From: Candidatus Adlerbacteria bacterium
GTDB lineage: Bacteria; Patescibacteriota; Minisyncoccia; Phycocordibacterales; SBAW01
Direction of reading: 5' to 3'
Length of the DNA: 43,347 bases
Assembly (NCBI GenBank): GCA_903840375.1
Contig: CAIMFR010000072.1
Span: 1-43,347, forward strand
A program made the position numbers and the translations under genes. The first letter of the stretch is position 1; every line of letters starts with the position of its first letter. A model generated the notes under the pieces. That model had not been told where the DNA came from, did not search any database, and saw only the letters and a program-made list of their open reading frames with translations. This document shows, piece after piece, positions 37,721 through 43,347 of the stretch.

Positions 37721-39016
37721 TCACCGGCGAACACACCAGCGCTCGCCTGCCGACAAACCGTCTTTGATCGAGTCGGCTATGCCTTGGAACTTCCAGCGGG
37801 CATACCTGCCGACCGGATAAATATTTTTCGCTTCCAAAGCCGCGATCGCCTTTTCTCGCCAATGCGAGTCGGGGTAAGACCACGTGTAAGCAACATCTAT
37901 CCAGGTAGCATCCACAACTTCCGTCTCCTTTATCCAGCCCCATTGTGTTAATTCTTCAACAACGGAACACGAAATTTTCTCGATCTCTTCCGCGTCAGGA
38001 CAAGCACCTCCGACATATGCCTTTTCTACATAGATACCAACCCTGTCACCTCGTGATGAAAGCGGTAAAAATGAGGCGTCTACATTGCTATAGAATCCTA
38101 CGCGATGAAAACCGGCGCGCGAATGCGGAATATATACCCAATGTTCTTTCGGACAAAATTCGCCGGAGACAGCTCCAATATTTATCACCAGAACAGAAGT
38201 GTGCGGGTCAGGCCGCTCATCAACATTCACCTGTGCGATCCGCAAAGTCTCGTGCAGCGGCAGCGTAGAAATGATATTGTCGTATCGGATGCTTGAGTTG
38301 CTTGAGTCGGAAAAAATAACCTCATGTTTCTTTGTGTCGATCGACTCAACTCGCTTACCGTATCGCACATCACATGCATCGGCCAACTCTCGGACAAGCG
38401 CGTCTAATCCGCGTTCGGGATATAAAAAGCTTGTGTTATATCCGACATTTGCCTTTTGTGAAGAATTACGCGGCGTCTTATATGAGTCCTGCGGCGCGAT
38501 CTTTGTGTAAAGTCCCGCAGTATACAGGTCATGGAACGGGTGGAAAAATGTCTCACAAAGAGTCTTGCCGAAACTTTCTTCAAGCCACTCCGACATTGTG
38601 CCAACTTCCCTTTTGTCACTTTCTTTTTTTAACATTTCTTCAGCGACAGACGCGCGTTCCATGTCCGATAAATGAGAAACATGATTTTGCAGCGGATATG
38701 GCACGAGCAGTTTTCTTTCGTGGAAAAATATCCCGGATCTTCGTCCATGCGAGTTGCACGCTGCCAATCGCTGAATCAATTCTTGAATTGAAGAATCGCC
38801 GCCGAATATCCAATGACCTCCGCCGATCTCAAAACGGTACGCTTCATGATCTTCGGGTGTGTGCGTGAGTCGCTCCTTCGCACCACGCCGCATGTAGTAT
38901 GAAGAACAAATGCCTCCGGCATCTTTTCTAGCTTCATAGACGGGAGCGCCGGAAGCATACCCGGCGGAAAGACCGGTTATGCCTGCACCAAGGATCACTG
39001 TCTCGCTTTTTTGCAT
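37721..39016 (-). CDS. FAD-dependent oxidoreductase (protoporphyrinogen oxidase-like / UDP-galactopyranose mutase-like)
   Basis: ILGAGITGL Rossmann motif, GGICSS, IGGGHWIF, VPYPLQNH, FLYPERG, FHRVGFYSN and GRYARWKFQ; start at MQKSE. Confidence 0.8.
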   Translation of the reverse strand: MQKSETVILGAGITGLSAGYASGAPVYEARKDAGGICSSYYMRRGAKERLTHTPEDHEAYRFEIGGGHWIFGGDSSIQELIQRLAACNSHGRRSGIFFHERKLLVPYPLQNHVSHLSDMERASVAEEMLKKESDKREVGTMSEWLEESFGKTLCETFFHPFHDLYTAGLYTKIAPQDSYKTPRNSSQKANVGYNTSFLYPERGLDALVRELADACDVRYGKRVESIDTKKHEVIFSDSSNSSIRYDNIISTLPLHETLRIAQVNVDERPDPHTSVLVINIGAVSGEFCPKEHWVYIPHSRAGFHRVGFYSNVDASFLPLSSRGDRVGIYVEKAYVGGACPDAEEIEKISCSVVEELTQWGWIKETEVVDATWIDVAYTWSYPDSHWREKAIAALEAKNIYPVGRYARWKFQGIADSIKDGLSAGERWCVRR

Positions 39017-39021
39017 AATTA

Positions 39022-40200
39022 TTATTTTTTGTCCGAGACAGCAGGGAAGAATATCGGCACATTTCTTCCGTTCAACAAACGTTGTGCATCTACATTTACC
39101 ACGCCATTTTCCAAAAATGCAGTCCAATGTTTCCTCAATACTTGGTGATGCGTTATGAAAGAAGAACTACCCGCATCACCTTCTTTCCATTCCCTATTCG
39201 GGTTTTTAAATTCTCTTGCCAACTTCCCGTATCTACTTGTATACGGCGCATCGTGTGCGTTCGGCATTAAACTCAGGACCACCTCACGGCCGTTGTTTAT
39301 AGTAAATTTCGAATAATAATATGTCTCAAACAATTCTAGGAACAGATCTTTGTCTATCGACACTTCATCACCACGTATAAAACAAACAAGATCTCTCCCA
39401 CTTTTTAAGACATACTGCAGCGCATCGGATATCGTGTTTACCAAAGTTACTTTGCAGCGACCAAGCCATGACATCTCACCGGTATCGCATTTAGTATCGC
39501 CAACAACGACAACGTTAAATACAATGTCCGACCGGTGCGACAAAACAAAAGATATGGCTTGAGAAACCGCATGCATCTGCGACCCGGACGTCCACACAAT
39601 ATCAAACTGATACATATTACTCACATCATTTGCCCCGAACACATATGGCCAGAGACGCTCCATCACATAGCCTTCGAGCGGATTGACCGAATAATTAACT
39701 TTCGTTATGAGTTCCTGATACTGAGACTTCGGACGCCTCAGTATCATCTCGCGCGGTACTATGTATTGCGCGCCGGTCGAATAACTCAAAGACTCCATGT
39801 CGCGAAGGCCGATCAAACTCCCCAAACTAAGCAGGTATTCTTTGAATCCGGGCCAGTTATATTCCGCATCCAGCGTTTCCCTTTTCCAACATTCGGAAAG
39901 CGGAACGACAACATTGGAGTCAGCGTGATCGGACAAAATAGTGAACAGGTCATAACAATGGTCTATCGGATACCCCTGCAAAAGTACAAGATAATCCGGC
40001 AACGAATCATAATTTTCTATAATGTGATGCAAGTATGTCTCGGATTCTCTCCCGAAATTTGGCCTGCGTATGACCGGAAGATCCATCTCAAGACCCGTCG
40101 CACTTGCGCCTTTGTTGTACACAACAACGGGCATCTTTATATTGCGTACCCAATTGATATCCTCTTCGAATCTCGAGATTACAACTTGATATGTGGACAT
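39022..40200 (-). CDS. DUF3431-domain protein fused to a degenerate GT-A-like domain
   Basis: VISRFEEDINW, PNFGRESETYLHHIIENYD.LP, GAQYIV and ERLWPYVF fit DUF3431. The C-terminal half loosely aligns with the EDDYLH paralogs. Confidence 0.72.
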   Translation of the reverse strand: MSTYQVVISRFEEDINWVRNIKMPVVVYNKGASATGLEMDLPVIRRPNFGRESETYLHHIIENYDSLPDYLVLLQGYPIDHCYDLFTILSDHADSNVVVPLSECWKRETLDAEYNWPGFKEYLLSLGSLIGLRDMESLSYSTGAQYIVPREMILRRPKSQYQELITKVNYSVNPLEGYVMERLWPYVFGANDVSNMYQFDIVWTSGSQMHAVSQAISFVLSHRSDIVFNVVVVGDTKCDTGEMSWLGRCKVTLVNTISDALQYVLKSGRDLVCFIRGDEVSIDKDLFLELFETYYYSKFTINNGREVVLSLMPNAHDAPYTSRYGKLAREFKNPNREWKEGDAGSSSFITHHQVLRKHWTAFLENGVVNVDAQRLLNGRNVPIFFPAVSDKK

Positions 40201-40203
40201 AAA

Positions 40204-40977
40204 TTATTTATACATCTTCCACAATGGCTTCCAATCTTCATAGACTGGCGGCGTATCTTCCATGTGGAATGCAAGTGCAGGTATCGGAGTGAACAAAGTC
40301 ACGCCACGCTTCCATATTTGATTGATCGTAGACGCCTCCGTCACTGACGGATCGATTCCATAACGGCTCAAGGCGTCAAATGTGCTTCTAAATGTTGCAA
40401 GCGTCTTTGGCGTTATGAGCACCGTTGCGGTTGTCTTCGTGTGAGTTCTCCATGGGCGCCCCTGTCCTGGCACAATGCGACATACATCGGCGCCTTCATA
40501 GTAGTTCCACGGGCTGTCGTATGGCGCGATAGCTACTTCAGCGCTGCCAAGTTTAGCTGAAAAAAATCGATACGCGGCAAGCATTTCCGGCAATGCTCCC
40601 GGATAGTGCAGATAATCATCTTCTACAAAATAGATCAGATTTTTATACTGATCGGCCATGCGATACGATTCCGCAAGTGATGCAGGATTACCAGTTTCTC
40701 GCAGTGGCACGATCTCAGCCGGATGAAATGAACGTGCAATGCTGTCGCGAATAAGCGCCAGAGTCTCAGCCGATGAATGATCATCGAGAATGCGGAGTAC
40801 AAGCGACTCGGGACACAGGTTCATACTCGCTATCAACGAACGGAGACAGCGCGCGATCAATTCCCTCTTTGGCACTTTTATAAACCGCTCGCGGTTGTGT
40901 ACGGAGGAGTGGTCGCAAGTACGGAGGATTATATTGAGAGCGGGCGGCACCACCTGTTCTGAACTCGCTTTATCCAT
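40204..40977 (-). CDS. GT-A fold glycosyltransferase-like protein
   Basis: NIILRTCD, ILDDHSS, IYFVEDDYLHYP and LFTPIPALAFHM; close paralog of the middle domain of 34329..36821. Confidence 0.72.
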   Translation of the reverse strand: MDKASSEQVVPPALNIILRTCDHSSVHNRERFIKVPKRELIARCLRSLIASMNLCPESLVLRILDDHSSAETLALIRDSIARSFHPAEIVPLRETGNPASLAESYRMADQYKNLIYFVEDDYLHYPGALPEMLAAYRFFSAKLGSAEVAIAPYDSPWNYYEGADVCRIVPGQGRPWRTHTKTTATVLITPKTLATFRSTFDALSRYGIDPSVTEASTINQIWKRGVTLFTPIPALAFHMEDTPPVYEDWKPLWKMYK

Positions 40978-40992
40978 GTATATGTTCGTATT

Positions 40993-42255
40993 TTATTTTT
41001 TAGCTGAAAGGAATGTTTGCACGTGCTCCGCAGCGAGGTCTATCGCTTCATTCCACCTGCCTATCTTCGCCTGCTTCGTAACCAACACCGAATCGTACCA
41101 ATTGCTCCTCGGAAGTATCGTCTCATCCGCCCACGGATAATAGGAAAGTATCGGGGTTATTACGATCGTATTCACCCCCATTGCCGCCGCCGCATGCACA
41201 ATAGACGTGCACGATGACACAACGACATCCATCTGCGAGAGTGCCGCGCAAGTATCTTCCCAAGTAACCAACTGTGAAGAGAGATCCCTGATATACGGAG
41301 GACAAAACTCAGTCCCCTCGTCACGCTGGAATGAGAACAGATCCCCCATGCCGCGAAGCGCGTTGAACAATAATTCCGGCGGAAACTTGCGACGTTGTTC
41401 ATCTTCAAATTTTGGATTGCCGCGCCAACGAATACCGATGCGGGGTTTTGTTTTCTTGCCCAAACGCTCAGCCCACTCGGCAGCCTTGTATGGAATAGGT
41501 TTAAGATATGGCCTGCCGTCAAGTTTTTCCATATGCAACAAAGCTGGCACCGCCATACCGGGAACCCACACATCGTGAGGAACAATATTGGAAGTTGCAC
41601 CTACAACACCCTCGGCCTGACTAAGCGTAGCAACAAGCGACTGGTTTGTGCGGATGGTAACTATGGCTCCGAGCGCGGCCAGATCTCGCGCATGTCGCGC
41701 TTCTATTATATGGTCGCCGAGACCTCGCTCAAGATTGAGGAGCACGGATTTCCCTTTGAGATCAGAAACACCGTCCCACCGCCGAGTCGTTAAGTGGAAA
41801 TCATTGTCGCCCCACACACCTATCGACCGCCCATGTTCCAGCAAAGGAAAGGCATCTTTTATATTGCCGCGACGCAAGGCGTGCCAACCAAGGTTATAAA
41901 ATTTCTCCGGACTGTCTTCTAGCTTTCGTATGACAGCCTCCGCCTCGCTGAACTTACCCTGCCAAACAAGTGCCAGAACCATGACTTGCATGTCAGAGGT
42001 GTCTCCAAGAGCACGAGAGTCGCTCACACGAGCACGATTCAACAATTCTTCCGCACGTTCAGGATCGCCGCCGTATATATGACAGCGTGCTGCATTAAGA
42101 AACGAACCGAACGTACCGTCGGTCAATCCGATGACGGCTTCCGCAACATGTGCGGCTTCCGCAAAGCGTTTACAGTCAAAAAGCTCTTTTGCGAGGACAT
42201 CTGTACGCTCTATGAATCGCATCACGAACTGTGCTTGTGCTTCTTCCGTATTCAT
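40993..42255 (-). CDS. TPR-repeat protein with GT-B (GT9-like) glycosyltransferase domain
   Basis: N-terminal TPR-like helices, then WDG..LKGK, ERGLGDHI, RIGIRWRGNP and WEDTCAALSQMDVVVSSCTSIVHAAAAMG. Confidence 0.8.
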   Translation of the reverse strand: MNTEEAQAQFVMRFIERTDVLAKELFDCKRFAEAAHVAEAVIGLTDGTFGSFLNAARCHIYGGDPERAEELLNRARVSDSRALGDTSDMQVMVLALVWQGKFSEAEAVIRKLEDSPEKFYNLGWHALRRGNIKDAFPLLEHGRSIGVWGDNDFHLTTRRWDGVSDLKGKSVLLNLERGLGDHIIEARHARDLAALGAIVTIRTNQSLVATLSQAEGVVGATSNIVPHDVWVPGMAVPALLHMEKLDGRPYLKPIPYKAAEWAERLGKKTKPRIGIRWRGNPKFEDEQRRKFPPELLFNALRGMGDLFSFQRDEGTEFCPPYIRDLSSQLVTWEDTCAALSQMDVVVSSCTSIVHAAAAMGVNTIVITPILSYYPWADETILPRSNWYDSVLVTKQAKIGRWNEAIDLAAEHVQTFLSAKK

Positions 42256-42281
42256 CACCAAGCATTGTACCTAAATAATAT

Positions 42282-42629
42282 TTATTTATCTATGATGAGG
42301 ATCGGCTCGCCGCTTTGCCGATCAAAAAATGATAAAGATTGACCGGTTTCCTTCACGATAAAATTTTCGAACATCTTTTCACTTAATACAGTATCACCTG
42401 TAAACATGTCCATAACAGAACTCAGTACTTTTGTCGCAACAAGCGCACCTCCGCCCAATATACAAGCAGTAAGAACCCTCCGACGATTTCTGTTAACGCC
42501 ATTTTCGATCGTCGCACCGAAAAACTTGTCTGACAGTACATCCAAAACTATAAGAGTCTTGCGATGGACATCGCGGATCTTCTTATTACTCTTTATTTTA
42601 TTGCTTATGTCAGGAACAAGATTCTTCAT
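42282..42629 (-). CDS. Small protein with internal twin-arginine-like motif and hydrophobic helix
   Basis: NRNRRRVL followed by TACILGGGALVATKVL; the gene starts 7 nt downstream of tatA. Confidence 0.7.
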   Translation of the reverse strand: MKNLVPDISNKIKSNKKIRDVHRKTLIVLDVLSDKFFGATIENGVNRNRRRVLTACILGGGALVATKVLSSVMDMFTGDTVLSEKMFENFIVKETGQSLSFFDRQSGEPILIIDK

Positions 42630-42636
42630 GTCTTTA

Positions 42637-42849
42637 TTATTTCTTCTTCGACTCGACCGCCGCGCGCACGCCTTTCACTTCCTCTTCAACCTTGCGTATT
42701 TCATCCTCGATCTCCAGTTTTCCCTTCTTGAACTCGCCGCTGAACCTGCCGAGCGTGCGCGCAAAATCACTCACCTTTTCACTTCCAAACATAAACACAC
42801 CGAACACTACCAATATTATTAAAACCTCCGGTATTCCAAGTCCAAACAT
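42637..42849 (-). CDS. tatA: Twin-arginine translocase TatA/E subunit
   Basis: MFGLGIPE, short TM, FG hinge (MFGSEK) and amphipathic helix ARTLGRFSGEFKKG. Confidence 0.9.
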   Translation of the reverse strand: MFGLGIPEVLIILVVFGVFMFGSEKVSDFARTLGRFSGEFKKGKLEIEDEIRKVEEEVKGVRAAVESKKK

Positions 42850-42910
42850 ATAATTATCATATCGTTACAATTAATAAAATCAGAAATTTGTTCTATTCCT
42901 GTACGAAGTA

Positions 42911-42939
42911 ATTATCTCGTCCGCAACGTGCAAAGTCAA
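42911..42939 (-). promoter_or_regulatory. Possible sigma70 promoter for tatA
   Basis: TTGACT (42939-42934), 17-nt spacer, GATAAT (42916-42911). Confidence 0.45.
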
Positions 42940-42959
42940 CGATCCACACCTGCATTACC

Positions 42960-43346
42960 TCATATCTGGTCGATTCTTAAGACCTCAGCACCGTTCTTGT
43001 CATAAACGCTGATAGCCGGACCAATCGATGGAGCTGTAGTAGATGAAATGGAGAATCCGTCACCGATGTACATAACAGATGTTGAGCCAAGATACATGTT
43101 GTTTTCGACTTCCAGGTTGCCGGTGCCGGGTAGAGTTATTAGCGGACACGCTCCTCCGGAACATACGAAGAAGTTGTTGTTGTTGAGATATATGTTCCCG
43201 CTTTGGGAATTTATGGTGAGGTCTCCTATAGCATCTACCTGCATTGAAGCGTACCGAGTGGTATCGTATGCAATAACAACCTGATTTTGCGTCGTTGAAA
43301 CTGCTTGCTGTACCGAAAGAACGGTACCGGGGGTCGATGTTCCTAT
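42960..43346 (-). CDS. C-terminal fragment of a beta-rich, fibre-like surface protein (5' end outside the window)
   Basis: The frame is open to the window edge: IGTSTPGTVLSVQQAVSTTQNQVVIAYDTTRYAS precedes the listed MQVDAIG. IGTSTP resembles the GIGTxxP repeats of fibre-type proteins, and the sequence is Ser/Thr/Gly/Asn rich. Confidence 0.75.
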   Translation of the reverse strand: MGTSTPGTVLSVQQAVSTTQNQVVIAYDTTRYASMQVDAIGDLTINSQSGNIYLNNNNFFVCSGGACPLITLPGTGNLEVENNMYLGSTSVMYIGDGFSISSTTAPSIGPAISVYDKNGAEVLRIDQI

Positions 43347-43347
43347 G

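Overview
This is a gene-dense segment of a bacterial chromosome read with genetic code 11. The gene set and protein truncations suggest a Patescibacteria/CPR (Parcubacteria-like) genome, which is an inference. The core backbone is gyrB, pheS and pheT (both domain-reduced and separated), tRNA-Thr(TGT), tsf, rpsB, prfA, rpmE, rplY, a coiled-coil lytic transglycosylase, and a gap-rpiB-rpe-tkt-tkt / pfkB / fba carbon cluster. Accessory content includes a sortase and lipoprotein, a fused ATP sulfurylase-APS kinase between pheS and pheT, a five-gene Ter-type operon (DUF475, two TelA-like, TerD, vWA) and a Kup transporter. The best candidate for an undescribed system is a ~13 kb co-directional surface-modification locus (30345-43347). 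It encodes a fibre-like protein, TatA, a small twin-arginine protein sharing the fibre protein's C-terminal motif, several glycosyltransferases, an FAD oxidoreductase, a sulfotransferase, a DUF5011 Pro/Thr/Ser-rich protein and an O-antigen-ligase/TPR protein. Many host genes have a -10 box 6-9 nt upstream of the ATG, implying leaderless mRNAs, whereas several accessory genes carry Shine-Dalgarno (SD) sites. I found no CRISPR array, rRNA, transposase or integrase. All family calls come from motif recognition by eye, not database searches.
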